Source of the DNA: an uncultured Terracidiphilus sp.
GTDB lineage: Bacteria > Acidobacteriota > Terriglobia > Terriglobales > Acidobacteriaceae
DNA: 64,000 nt
Reading direction: 5' to 3'
NCBI GenBank assembly: GCA_964569985.1
Contig: CAZMWL010000022.1
Coordinates: forward strand, 2,328-66,327
The notes under the pieces are model-generated. The model did not search any database and had not been told where the DNA came from. It was given only the letters and a program-made list of their open reading frames with translations. A program made the translations under genes and the position numbers. The first letter of the stretch is position 1; each line of letters starts with the position of its first letter. This document shows, piece by piece, positions 19,189-28,897 of this stretch.

Positions 19189-20922
19189 CTAGTTCCCGCC
19201 GCACCAATACCTCACCGTGTACGCTGTTGAAGCCGTCAGCGCCGTATTCGCCGTGATCGTAATCGCGGTCGTGCTCTCCGCCCACGTGGTGGTCGTGAGC
19301 ACCGCGGTTGCGCTCTCTGTCGTTACCATGCAGTTGGCGTAGTTCGAATGTGTGTTGGGGAACGAGATCGTTGCCAGTGTCCCGGTCGTCGGGCTCGTTC
19401 CTGTCGTCAGCGTCACTGTGCCGCTCACGCCGTCGCACGCGTGGTTGGTCGCGCAGGCAATTGCCGGGCTCGTTCCCGCTGCCGCACCAGCCGTAAAGGT
19501 CATCGTGCCGCTGCCCATGAAAAACTTGCCCGACACAAATCCCGTCGCCGTCGTGTTGCCGCTTCCCGTCACGGTCAACACCGTCGCCGGGGACGACGCC
19601 CCGTTTTGTAACACCAGCCCTGAGGTGCCGCTGTTCGCCGCGCAGTTCAGGCACACCTCGTAGGCGCCGTTGCCGGCGTTGATGTTGGTATTTCCGCCGC
19701 CCTGGTAGATCGTTAAACGGTCGAGACTGCTGTGGGCGGCGTCTTGAATGTGGTACGTGTAACTCGTATCGACCGTGTTATCCCACTCCGCCGTCCCGCT
19801 GTAGTTCTGCCACTGCAGCTCCTCGGTCTGCGCCGCGCTGGTTCCCGCCTGGATCTCCACAATATTCGTCGCCGCCGACGCGTTATTGAAGAGATTCGCG
19901 CTGCCCTTCAGGGTCGATGACGCGGTAGTGGTTACGCTCGTCGCGCTGGCCACGCCCAAAGTCGGCGTGGTCAGTGCAGGGCTGGTCGCCAGCACCACGC
20001 TGCCGCTGCCCGTGGTTGCGCATGCCACAATCTGGCTGCTCGAATTCGTGCAATTCGCTGAAGACGAAACCGGCACGCTCGCCCCGTCCACCTGCGTTGC
20101 GTTGGCATTGCCTAATTGGCCCTCTAACTGCCAGTAAGTCCCGTCGTAAGTCGCGCTGATCCAATGCCCCGCCAGCACGTCGTTCGCCGCCAGCGTACTG
20201 CTTTTTCCCCATTTCATCAGCGTTGCCGCCGCCGCTCCGTTCACTGCCAGCGTCGCCGATCCCGTGTTCGCCGCATTGAAATTGATCGAGATTGTGTCGC
20301 CCGCCGCCGGCGTAAAACTTGGCGAAGTCGTGCATGTGTAAGCGTTCCCGCTGTTCGTCGTCACGCACGTGCGCGGCGCGGATTCGTTGTGCGCCGTTGC
20401 TGCCGCGGGCTGGCTACTCGCGTTGGTCGCAATCAGGTTCGCCGAAGTGGGCACCGCGCCGCCGTTAATCTTGCTCACAGTCGTCGCGCTCTGCGTCCCC
20501 GTCACGTCCCCGCTCAAGCTGCCCGTGAAGCTCGTCGCACTGGCCGCACTGGTCGCATTTGGCACCGCCGTCGACCCGATCGCGCTCACAATCTGCGCTC
20601 CCGTCGCAGCAGTCGGCGCCGACCCCGTCGAAAAATAGCCCAGGCCCGTGAAGGCCGCCGAGCAGCTCACCGCCGTCCCGCTTCCGGCGTAGTACGCCAC
20701 CGCATAAGCCGCAGCACAGTTGCTCACCGTGCCCGATCCGCTAGGCGTTTGAAATACAAAACTGTCCGTGCCGCTGTTGTAGTAAAGGTAGCCCGTGGCC
20801 AGTGTCGGAACCGGCACTCCGCCGATCCCGTTGGCGCTTGGCGCCGGCAATCCCGTCGACGCCTGGCCCCACGCGACTACTGGCGCTGCCGCTAAAATCC
20901 AAACCCACAACCAACGCTTCAT
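19189..20922 (-). CDS. Secreted tail-fibre-like protein (577 aa)
   Basis: MKRWLWVWILAAAPVVAWGQ signal peptide after GGAG; Thr/Ala/Ser/Gly-rich; NAYTCT...INFNAANTGSATLAVNG and LSGDVTG motifs resemble phage fibre proteins. Confidence 0.6.
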   Translation of the reverse strand: MKRWLWVWILAAAPVVAWGQASTGLPAPSANGIGGVPVPTLATGYLYYNSGTDSFVFQTPSGSGTVSNCAAAYAVAYYAGSGTAVSCSAAFTGLGYFSTGSAPTAATGAQIVSAIGSTAVPNATSAASATSFTGSLSGDVTGTQSATTVSKINGGAVPTSANLIATNASSQPAAATAHNESAPRTCVTTNSGNAYTCTTSPSFTPAAGDTISINFNAANTGSATLAVNGAAAATLMKWGKSSTLAANDVLAGHWISATYDGTYWQLEGQLGNANATQVDGASVPVSSSANCTNSSSQIVACATTGSGSVVLATSPALTTPTLGVASATSVTTTASSTLKGSANLFNNASAATNIVEIQAGTSAAQTEELQWQNYSGTAEWDNTVDTSYTYHIQDAAHSSLDRLTIYQGGGNTNINAGNGAYEVCLNCAANSGTSGLVLQNGASSPATVLTVTGSGNTTATGFVSGKFFMGSGTMTFTAGAAAGTSPAIACATNHACDGVSGTVTLTTGTSPTTGTLATISFPNTHSNYANCMVTTESATAVLTTTTWAESTTAITITANTALTASTAYTVRYWCGGN

Positions 20923-21021
20923 CTTTCTTCTCCTCGCTCCCTGTCCACACGACAGCGCGCGGCCGGCGACATGCGCGCCCTGCTGCGTTCCCGCTCCGGC
21001 CATCGTTCTGTTGTTCTCTGG

Positions 21022-21076
21022 ATCCCTCGGTCCTCGGCCCCTCGGTCCTTTAGCCCCGAAGTCCCGTAGCCCCTGC
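21022..21076. repeat. Degenerate octamer array (G.CCC..)
   Basis: GCCCCTCG GTCCTTTA GCCCCGAA GTCCCGTA GCCCCTGC; similar arrays near 28219-28240 and 31722-31746. Confidence 0.6.
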
Positions 21077-21079
21077 TTT

Positions 21080-24000
21080 TTATTGCGGCACGTTGGTCGA
21101 TCCGGCATCTCCATGCCAGTCGCCCAGTCCGGCGATATACGTTCCCGTCTGCTCGGAACAGGTGCTTGCTGTCGTGCCCACAGTCACGCCGCCCTTCCAG
21201 TGCGCAGGCCACGTCCACGTGTACGGTCCGCCGCTTGCTGGCTGACAAATGAAGATCGTCACCTTCCCGCCGCCGGCGCCCGAGCCGATCGACGCCGTCA
21301 CATTGCCGCTCAGCACGTAAGTCGCCTCCGCGCGGTCCGTCGCAGGCAGTGTGATCGATCCGCTCGCCGACGAGTTGTATGTCTCATTCGGAGCATTCAG
21401 CGCCACGCCATTCACCTGATAGCCGTTAGTGGACGTGCTTTCGCACGTCGCCACCGATCCCGCAGGCATTCCCGGAGGTACACATCCGTGGTACTGATCC
21501 CGCCGTGCCTCTTCAATCTGATCCGGAGTCAAATTGCAGGTCCCCGCCGCTGTACACGCGGGATTGTTTGGGCCGGGAATGAATGCCCAGAATGGCTCTG
21601 CCCACTGGTTGCCGACGCCCGCAACATTGCCTCCAAGTCCGAGATAGAAAATGGCCCCACCGCCGCTATCAATACTGCCCTTCAGAATCGTAGCGATGGC
21701 TACTTGGGGCGACCAGCCGTTATTCTGTAATCCCGTACCGAAAGCCTGCGGCCAGCTACCTTCAGTCGAGCACGGTCCAGAGCCGCAGTATGTGGTAGCG
21801 AATATCTCACCGTCTCCGCCAGCTAAGTGAAAACTATTGTTCTGTCCTGAGTTAGTATCGCCCGTAGTCTGCGGCTGATTTACGGGTCTGACCCACGCTC
21901 CGTAAATGTAGTGATCCCCCGCGTAGGTCTGGCGAGTATCTTGAGCGAGGAGGAATCTCGGATTAAAAGTAGAACTGGTGTTGCCAACAGCCTGTATCGA
22001 AGGCATCTGGCCGCCTGGCCCATCGGGACCGGGCACGGCCGTAGCCGTACAACCGCCTCCGCACGACGACTCCATCGCAGCCACCGTAAATCCTGTAACC
22101 GGAAGTGAACCAAACGGGAGAATCTGTGGTCCGAAGCCAGAACCTATGTTCTGGTACTCGCCCACGCTCTGATTGCCTTGGTTGTAGGTGCCGCTGGGAC
22201 CCGTCTCGTTCAATGGAATAGCGAAAGTGGCGCCCTCCGTCAGATTGTCGATAACTTGTCCGTTGAAATAGGCATTCGTAAATCCGTTGCCATAGAGAAC
22301 GTTGTTGTCGCTCTGCACGCAGCCGGTAGGGTCGATGTTCCCATCTGTGTAGCCCAGCAAATTCTGCGGCCATTCGGAAATGTTGTCTTGCAGAAACTGA
22401 TCTTTGAGGGAAAGGCAGTTTGGTGCCTGGATGCCGAAGCGATTGTCTACGGTGACAGCGTTCCCCCAGGACTCTTCGTAGGTAGAGCTCGTGATGCGTG
22501 GCATTCCCACAATAGCGCGAACGCCGCTGCCATCAATTTTGATACCACCACCCAGAAATGCGCTGCCCTGATCAATATCCGATTGGGCGCATCCAGACCC
22601 GTTAGAGGAGTAGTAGCTGCCCACAGGCGCATCGGAATCGCAGCGCAGAGAGTAGGGATAGGCAGGCTGCGAGCATCCGCCGCTCGGACAGGCAGACAGC
22701 TCCGGGACGGAAACAGTTATATCGTGGAACTGATTGAGGTAACACGCGGAGCACTCCATTGCACCCGAAGCTATGAACGGAGATGCCTGCGCACCTACGT
22801 GGTCCAACACAAGATTTGTGCTGCCTTCGGCCCAGAAAGCCATGCCGTAGGAATATTGGAAATTGAGGTCCTTCCACGTCTGGGGACCGTAGGTGTTGAA
22901 TGCAGGACCAGCCGCCACTTCACCCCATTCGTCGCTGGAAGAATGCGTGTGGCTGGTCATGATTGTGACCTGGTTCGCGCCGCACGCGTTGTAAGTCACA
23001 CCGTTGAATGTTCCCGCTGTACCGTTCGAGCACAGAATGCGTGCCGACTCATACGCATCTTCGTTGAACCCCGTCACCGTGCATCCAGTCGCCGTTGAGG
23101 GCGTGGTGTCGGCCTGGAAAATCGTAAGGGTCTGCGCCGTGTAGTCTGAATGATTCACCACTTGGTTTGTTGTGTTAAACGAAGCATCAGAGCAGCCAGA
23201 AACGGTCACGAGTTCACCCGGCGGGATGCGGGTGTAGCCAGCGAGTGTATAGGTCGTCTGCCCATTAGAGGTGCGGGTAGCCGTAGCCGTAGAGGTCGCC
23301 AAGCCAGTAGCCGTGATAGCCGACCCTACTGGCAGGTTTGCAACGCCGCATGGCGAACCGTTGACCGTCCCGCTAAAGTTTGGGGTGATGGTGGTTGCTG
23401 TGTTCGCGGTGAGGATCGCAGTGCCGAGAGTCCCGTAACATCCCGGACCAGAAATATATGCCGGAACGGTCCCCGTCTGGAACTGGTTGGGTCCGGGTCC
23501 ACCGTCCCCAAACCAATCTTCAAAACCCAATCCTACGAGAGTCGAACCTAAGTTGAGAGCACCTTGCAGCTTGAATATTACAGTGCCTGCCGAAGGGCCG
23601 GTGAGGATAGAGGAGTTTTGCAGGAAGCATCCCACGCCTCCGTTGCAGGGAAGAAACACAGTCCCCGTGCTTCCTGGAGTTGAATCCACGTTGTTGATGC
23701 ACGCCTGCACCGCGCTGTCGATGGGCGTGTGCCCGTCGATGATCGCGCCATATGCGCGAATGTCGCACACCGGTGAGAGGGCAGGAATCGACGCTGCCGC
23801 CTTCACGTTGCCCGTCACGATGATTCCGTTGTTCCCATCCGACGCCACGCCCGGCAGCAGGTTGGCAATGGCTCCGCTGGCGCTTGTCGCTCCCGTTCCG
23901 CCCGACGCCAATGGAACTGCATTCATGCCGCCGATCGTCGTGCCACTGGCGGTGTAATACGCAATCTGTCCCGAGTTTCCCGAATTAATGGTGCCGCTCG

Positions 24001-27000
24001 TTCCTCCCGATCCCGATCCGGATCCAGATCCAGATCCGCATGCCGCTCCCGTGTTGGTGAGATATCCAGATGTATCCACCTGCAGGCAGAAGTGCCCTGA
24101 AGACGCGGCCAGCCCCGGGAACTTGATACTCGTCGGACCCTGAAACGCCGCGACTAAGTTAGCGCTCGATCCCGAGTAGATGTCCGTCTCCGAGCCGGAT
24201 CCGCTTTCGTAATTCAGCCGGATATGTCCCGTCGCATTACTCGTATCAATATAGGTATCGCCGCTGTTCGAACTCTGGTACGCCTTCAAACTGTCCAGCC
24301 CGCCCAATGCCGAAATCAGCGCCCAGTTGTTGTACTGATCCTTCACCATGTACCACTGGCTGCTTCCGTTCCAGTCCTTATAGGTGTACGAACCCTTCTG
24401 GCTCGTCGTCAGTCCCGGCCACAGGTAGTAGTCCACCTCCGCGTCGGCGTTGTTACGCACCGTCATGGTCCCCGCCGATTGCGACGTCCCGCCCACCTGC
24501 AGGGTTCCCATGAATTGCGCGTTTCCGGCGTTGTCCACAGTCGCCACCGTCGTTGGCGTTGCCCCGCCGCTTGAGAAGCTCACGCCACCCGTTCCGGCAT
24601 TGCTCGAACAGTTGAAGCACACGTTTCCCGTGCCCGCCGCATTCAACGACGTCTGGTTGTTGGTGCTGCTCTGCCCGTGATTCCACTGCTCGATCTGCAG
24701 CCGGTACACGTTGTTCAGCAGGTCCTGCACCTGGTAAAGCTGCTGCCCGCTCGTGCCGTCGCTGAAGCCGTAGATCCAGCGGTATCCGTAATCCGTCTGA
24801 ATCTCGTTCAGTAGTCCGCGCTCATTCCCCGCGCCGATTCCCAGCCGGAAATGATTGGTCAGCGTCGCGTCCTGCTGGCTTCCATACCAGTCACCATTCA
24901 ATGCGTTGAAACTCCGGTGAAATGTATCGAGGAAGCTGTTGCGCGTGCCGTTGTCGGTTAGCTTTCCCGTGAACATCGTCCCGCCGGTCATCCAGTCGTT
25001 GTACTGGCTGCCCGCGTCCGCCACGATTTGGTTCGCCGAGTTCTCGTTGCGCAGTCCCACGATCGTGTTGTTCTGCGCATTCGCTCCCAGATGCAATGCT
25101 GTCGCGCATCCCTCCACATCTCCGCCCGTAAACGTGTTGCCGTCGCCCTGTTGCAGGTTGATCCCATACGTCCCGCTCATCGGACTTCCGCTCGCCGTCG
25201 GGCAATCGATGTGCAGCCGCACAAATGTGCTCGCATTCATCCAGTCCGTCGTCGCCGGATTCGCCACCTGATGCCCGATCGCATTCACTGCGGTCCCAAA
25301 CCCGCCAAACTCATCGTCCAAAAATGTGCCGCCCGTGTAATTTCCGGTTCCATCCAGCGTCATGCCCGTCTGATTTTGATTGCCCAGGAAGTACAAGCTT
25401 TCGAGATCCAACTCCTGCGTCCGGTAAGCCACCAGCCCCTGCGCCGTTGCGCTTGTCGCTGCGGTGGTATTGATGGCCACGTTATCCATGTGGAAGCCCG
25501 GCGTATCCACGGCATACGTCGGATCGCCCACTTGGACCATCGCGCTCGTGCCCGAGTAGGCAAACACCGTCCCGCCCTGGCTTCCGCTCGCCTGCGTTCC
25601 GCCGCGCAGTGCGCATCCCCGTAGCGACACGTTCCGCGTCCCCGCCGTCACCACAATCTGGTTCGCCGTCGCAATCGTTGCGCAGGGCAGCAGCACCGCG
25701 GTGTTCGATGTGGCAATCGTCAGGCTCGATGCCATCGACAAATTCCCCGCAAAATTCCGCGCGTCGCACGTGCCGCCATAACTCGCATTCAACGCGTTCA
25801 CGCACGCCTGGATTTTCGCGCCGATGTCCGCGCCCGGAAACTGATCCACCTGGAGCGCCGCTCCCACGTTGCTGTTCCCCACCAACGCGGCATAAGTGCC
25901 GCCGCCCGGCAGCGTGCCGCCTCCACCATCCACCTGCGTCCCGTAGCTCGCGGAACTTCCCGCGTTCCAAACCGTGTATCCGCCGTTGCCCTTCAGCAGA
26001 TTTCCGGCAAAGAACGTCATATCCTGCCCGCCAATCAGGTTCACCGCCGCTGCCGTATCCCATGTTCCCGGCTCGTTGACGCTCGCCGTCGTAGTCGACG
26101 AGCAGCCGACTCCGCCCTGCGTCACCGTCACGCCGGCAATCGATCCGTTCGCATTCACCGCCGCCGTGGCCTGCGCCGTGCAACTCCCGCTGAACGCCAC
26201 CGGCACGCTGGTCCCATACGGATCCCATCCCAGTCCGTGTTCGCTGCCCACCGTCACCGCAGTCACCGCGCCGCCTGCCGCCGTCACCGCCAATGCCGGC
26301 TGCACAGCGTTCCACGTGGGCATCACCACCGCGTTCCGCACTGTCCATCCCTGCGCGGTTCCGCTCAGGTCCAGCACCAGCCCCGTCGGCGGCTCGCCCG
26401 TGGCCGCGGAATTGCCCGCCATCGCCACCACGTTATCCAGCACGTTGTTCGATCCCGTTGCCGCCGTGAACGCGTGCGTCGCCTGTATCGTCACGTTCTG
26501 CCAGCGATTCGAATCGGCATTCAATCCCGCCGGCGCTGTCACCGGAAGCGCCGGAATCACCACGCCCGTGTTCACACCGCGAATGTCGATGTTCCGGAAA
26601 TCGCTCCACTGCGGCCACTGCGCCAGGTACAGTCCGCACGTGTGTGTCGAATGCGCTCCCGGATATTGCGCCGCCATCGGATCCACGCCCGTAGTCGCAA
26701 TTTCCACGTTCTCCACTTCCGCCACGCGCAGCCCATTTCCTCCCGCGCCCGTCGTCGCCTGCATGGCAATTGCGCAATTGCCCACCCACCACGCAGCGCC
26801 CGTGCCCGCCGTTCCCGTCAAGCCATTGCCGCCCGTCGAAAAAATCGAATTCTCCTCGATCGCCCGGCTTAGTTGGCAAGCGCCTGCCGCCGCGCGCCCC
26901 TCCGCAGGCGAGCACGATTCATCTACGCTCTGGTCTACATAAATCGTCAGGTCGTGCAGCCGCGTATAACTCAAGATGTTCAGCGCGTCAGGCCCGCTCA

Positions 27001-28150
27001 CCAGCACGTCTTCGCCCGGAAATCCCATCAACGCCGAAACCTGTTTCCCCAATCCTCCAATCGACTCCCCGCGCCAGCTCAGCGTCCGCGTCTTGCACGT
27101 GCCTTCGGGAAGCAGCAGCGCCACGCTGTGCACGTGGGCATAACTCAGCGCCGCCTGCAGAGCGCTCGTATCATCCGTCACGCCGTCGCACACCGCGCCG
27201 AACTCCTTCACGCTGCGCTCCGTCTGCTGCGATCCGCTCGTCCGCCAATCCACCACCTTCACGCCGTTCGCATTCGCGAACGTGTCCGTTCCCGCGTAAT
27301 TCGGCGGAATCTCCATTGCCCCAGTCGTTCCTGCCGCGTTCATTGCCGCCTGCAGTGTCGACTGTCCGCTCGCCGCCGTGGGCGCCTCCACGCCGTTTAC
27401 CGCCGGCGTCGTCAGTGCGCCCGTCATGTTTCCGCCCGCCAGTGGAACCGCCGTCGCCACCTGCGTGTCCACGTAGTGCTTGGTCGAGGCCTGCATCGGT
27501 TGCGTCGGGTCCGCGTTCAGATAGAGCGGTCCGCTCAGCGTTCCGCCCGACGCCGTCAGCAGGCTCTCCGTCAACTCCGTGATCGCCTGGTCCACGTACG
27601 CCTTGCTCACCGCCTGCACCGCCTGCGTCGCCGGCATAATCTGCACCTGCACCTGCGCCAGCGTCGCATTTGCCGCCGCCGGAACCACCCAGTACTGCGT
27701 GTTCACCGTCCCGTCGCTCATGTAGTAAACGGCCGTGTAGTACTCTCCCGCGGGCGTCGCTCCCTGGTTCGGCGCGAGGTTCACGCTTACAAATCCGTCC
27801 GGCGCAATCGTCACCGTCATCGAGTCCGCGGCAACGGCCTGGCCCGCCGCGGTCGTAAACCCCGGCCAGCTGATCACCAGAGTCCCTGCGCCTGGCTCAC
27901 CCGTTGCCAGATACACCGTCCCCTGTACGGTCGTCGTCGTCACACCCTGCGCCCACGCCGTCGCCGCCAGCCCCATCGCCAGCATTCCTGCGGCAATACG
28001 CATCCCCATCCGCACCAGCGATCCGTGCCCCATCCTTTTCGCGCCTTTTGCGAAAAGGGTGGGAGCGCAGCTAACTAGCTCGCTTGCGGACTTATTGACT
28101 CGCCGGCTCGGCGTCCGCAACCCTTCGTTCTTCATGAGCTTCATTCCCAT
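21080..28150 (-). CDS. Giant tailspike/beta-helix-like protein with signal peptide (up to 2356 aa; start uncertain)
   Basis: MRIAAGMLAMGLAATAWAQ; fibre repeat GGTLSGPL...ASTKHYVD; pectate-lyase-3-type caps SVKEFGAVCDGVTDDT, DQFPGADIGAKIQAC and DIRAYGAIIDG. Confidence 0.7.
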   Translation of the reverse strand: MGMKLMKNEGLRTPSRRVNKSASELVSCAPTLFAKGAKRMGHGSLVRMGMRIAAGMLAMGLAATAWAQGVTTTTVQGTVYLATGEPGAGTLVISWPGFTTAAGQAVAADSMTVTIAPDGFVSVNLAPNQGATPAGEYYTAVYYMSDGTVNTQYWVVPAAANATLAQVQVQIMPATQAVQAVSKAYVDQAITELTESLLTASGGTLSGPLYLNADPTQPMQASTKHYVDTQVATAVPLAGGNMTGALTTPAVNGVEAPTAASGQSTLQAAMNAAGTTGAMEIPPNYAGTDTFANANGVKVVDWRTSGSQQTERSVKEFGAVCDGVTDDTSALQAALSYAHVHSVALLLPEGTCKTRTLSWRGESIGGLGKQVSALMGFPGEDVLVSGPDALNILSYTRLHDLTIYVDQSVDESCSPAEGRAAAGACQLSRAIEENSIFSTGGNGLTGTAGTGAAWWVGNCAIAMQATTGAGGNGLRVAEVENVEIATTGVDPMAAQYPGAHSTHTCGLYLAQWPQWSDFRNIDIRGVNTGVVIPALPVTAPAGLNADSNRWQNVTIQATHAFTAATGSNNVLDNVVAMAGNSAATGEPPTGLVLDLSGTAQGWTVRNAVVMPTWNAVQPALAVTAAGGAVTAVTVGSEHGLGWDPYGTSVPVAFSGSCTAQATAAVNANGSIAGVTVTQGGVGCSSTTTASVNEPGTWDTAAAVNLIGGQDMTFFAGNLLKGNGGYTVWNAGSSASYGTQVDGGGGTLPGGGTYAALVGNSNVGAALQVDQFPGADIGAKIQACVNALNASYGGTCDARNFAGNLSMASSLTIATSNTAVLLPCATIATANQIVVTAGTRNVSLRGCALRGGTQASGSQGGTVFAYSGTSAMVQVGDPTYAVDTPGFHMDNVAINTTAATSATAQGLVAYRTQELDLESLYFLGNQNQTGMTLDGTGNYTGGTFLDDEFGGFGTAVNAIGHQVANPATTDWMNASTFVRLHIDCPTASGSPMSGTYGINLQQGDGNTFTGGDVEGCATALHLGANAQNNTIVGLRNENSANQIVADAGSQYNDWMTGGTMFTGKLTDNGTRNSFLDTFHRSFNALNGDWYGSQQDATLTNHFRLGIGAGNERGLLNEIQTDYGYRWIYGFSDGTSGQQLYQVQDLLNNVYRLQIEQWNHGQSSTNNQTSLNAAGTGNVCFNCSSNAGTGGVSFSSGGATPTTVATVDNAGNAQFMGTLQVGGTSQSAGTMTVRNNADAEVDYYLWPGLTTSQKGSYTYKDWNGSSQWYMVKDQYNNWALISALGGLDSLKAYQSSNSGDTYIDTSNATGHIRLNYESGSGSETDIYSGSSANLVAAFQGPTSIKFPGLAASSGHFCLQVDTSGYLTNTGAACGSGSGSGSGSGGTSGTINSGNSGQIAYYTASGTTIGGMNAVPLASGGTGATSASGAIANLLPGVASDGNNGIIVTGNVKAAASIPALSPVCDIRAYGAIIDGHTPIDSAVQACINNVDSTPGSTGTVFLPCNGGVGCFLQNSSILTGPSAGTVIFKLQGALNLGSTLVGLGFEDWFGDGGPGPNQFQTGTVPAYISGPGCYGTLGTAILTANTATTITPNFSGTVNGSPCGVANLPVGSAITATGLATSTATATRTSNGQTTYTLAGYTRIPPGELVTVSGCSDASFNTTNQVVNHSDYTAQTLTIFQADTTPSTATGCTVTGFNEDAYESARILCSNGTAGTFNGVTYNACGANQVTIMTSHTHSSSDEWGEVAAGPAFNTYGPQTWKDLNFQYSYGMAFWAEGSTNLVLDHVGAQASPFIASGAMECSACYLNQFHDITVSVPELSACPSGGCSQPAYPYSLRCDSDAPVGSYYSSNGSGCAQSDIDQGSAFLGGGIKIDGSGVRAIVGMPRITSSTYEESWGNAVTVDNRFGIQAPNCLSLKDQFLQDNISEWPQNLLGYTDGNIDPTGCVQSDNNVLYGNGFTNAYFNGQVIDNLTEGATFAIPLNETGPSGTYNQGNQSVGEYQNIGSGFGPQILPFGSLPVTGFTVAAMESSCGGGCTATAVPGPDGPGGQMPSIQAVGNTSSTFNPRFLLAQDTRQTYAGDHYIYGAWVRPVNQPQTTGDTNSGQNNSFHLAGGDGEIFATTYCGSGPCSTEGSWPQAFGTGLQNNGWSPQVAIATILKGSIDSGGGAIFYLGLGGNVAGVGNQWAEPFWAFIPGPNNPACTAAGTCNLTPDQIEEARRDQYHGCVPPGMPAGSVATCESTSTNGYQVNGVALNAPNETYNSSASGSITLPATDRAEATYVLSGNVTASIGSGAGGGKVTIFICQPASGGPYTWTWPAHWKGGVTVGTTASTCSEQTGTYIAGLGDWHGDAGSTNVPQ
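28026..28064 (+). repeat. REP-like palindrome, copy 2
   Basis: TGCCCCATCCTTTTCGC-GCCTTTT-GCGAAAAGGGTGGGA, at the 5' end of the giant ORF. Confidence 0.85.
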
Positions 28151-28305
28151 CGCGTCCTTCTTCCTGCCGCATCTCCCCGCACCGCGCGAGGCTTACAAAC
28201 CATCAATCTCCAGCCCTGGCCCTTAAGTCCCTAAGTCCATCCTCCAACACCCGATAAACCGGATAACTGCGATAACTAAGAGAACTGGTGAACTCGCTAA
28301 CTTCG

Positions 28306-28728
28306 CTAACTCGCCTTCTGGTCTCTGCCGTCTTCCATGCTTTCGTCCCACTCCGGCTCCGACGCCAGCAGCTCCGCCCAGTTCGGCCCACTCCGCTTCT
28401 TTTTCTTCTTCGTGTCCTTGTCCTGCTTCTTCTTCTCAATCAGCGACAGCATCATCTCCGTCCCGTGCATGTCGCCTTCTTGCGCTTTGGTCACCAGCTT
28501 CTTGGCAATCGCTTCGCTCTTCGCCTTCACCACCGCTTTCACCGCGTGACGCAGCTTTTTCCGTGCTCCCTTGTAGTCCTCAAGATCCACGGGAACACTC
28601 TCCCCATTCTTCTTACCGTTCGTCTTCTCTGGCTTCGCCGCGTTGCCGGACCCCGCCGCCCTTTTCGTCGTCGCGCCCTTCTTCTCTTGCTCCGTAGTGC
28701 ATTTCTGGTCCACGATGCTGTTGCTCAT
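28306..28728 (-). CDS. Small basic protein, possible terminase small subunit
   Basis: GAGGTG RBS before the ATG; Lys-rich; helical EAIAKKLVTKAQEGD segment; first gene of the terminase-containing run. Confidence 0.55.
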   Translation of the reverse strand: MSNSIVDQKCTTEQEKKGATTKRAAGSGNAAKPEKTNGKKNGESVPVDLEDYKGARKKLRHAVKAVVKAKSEAIAKKLVTKAQEGDMHGTEMMLSLIEKKKQDKDTKKKKKRSGPNWAELLASEPEWDESMEDGRDQKAS

Positions 28729-28777
28729 CTGCCCACCTCTCCGGTTCCCCATCCGCGCCTCCGCGCTCCTTCCGCGG

Positions 28778-28813
28778 AAAAGTAAAAGGGGCAACTCGCT
28801 TTGAGTTGCCCCT
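28778..28813 (-). terminator. Intrinsic terminator upstream of the phage-like module
   Basis: Minus strand: AGGGGCAACTC-AAAGC-GAGTTGCCCCT then TTTACTTTT. Confidence 0.7.
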
Positions 28814-28858
28814 GCGGTTCCTCTTCGTTTTTACGCCGTAGTCCTATCATTACGGCGT

Positions 28859-28897
28859 TGCCCCATCCTTTTCGCGTTCTTTGCGAAAAGGATGGGA
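28859..28897 (+). repeat. REP-like palindrome, copy 3
   Basis: TGCCCCATCCTTTTCGC-GTTCTTT-GCGAAAAGGATGGGA. Confidence 0.85.

Noticed and set aside
17512..28728. Complete prophage
   Set aside because: No integrase, att pair, portal, capsid, tape measure, lysis or replication genes; flanks are housekeeping genes.
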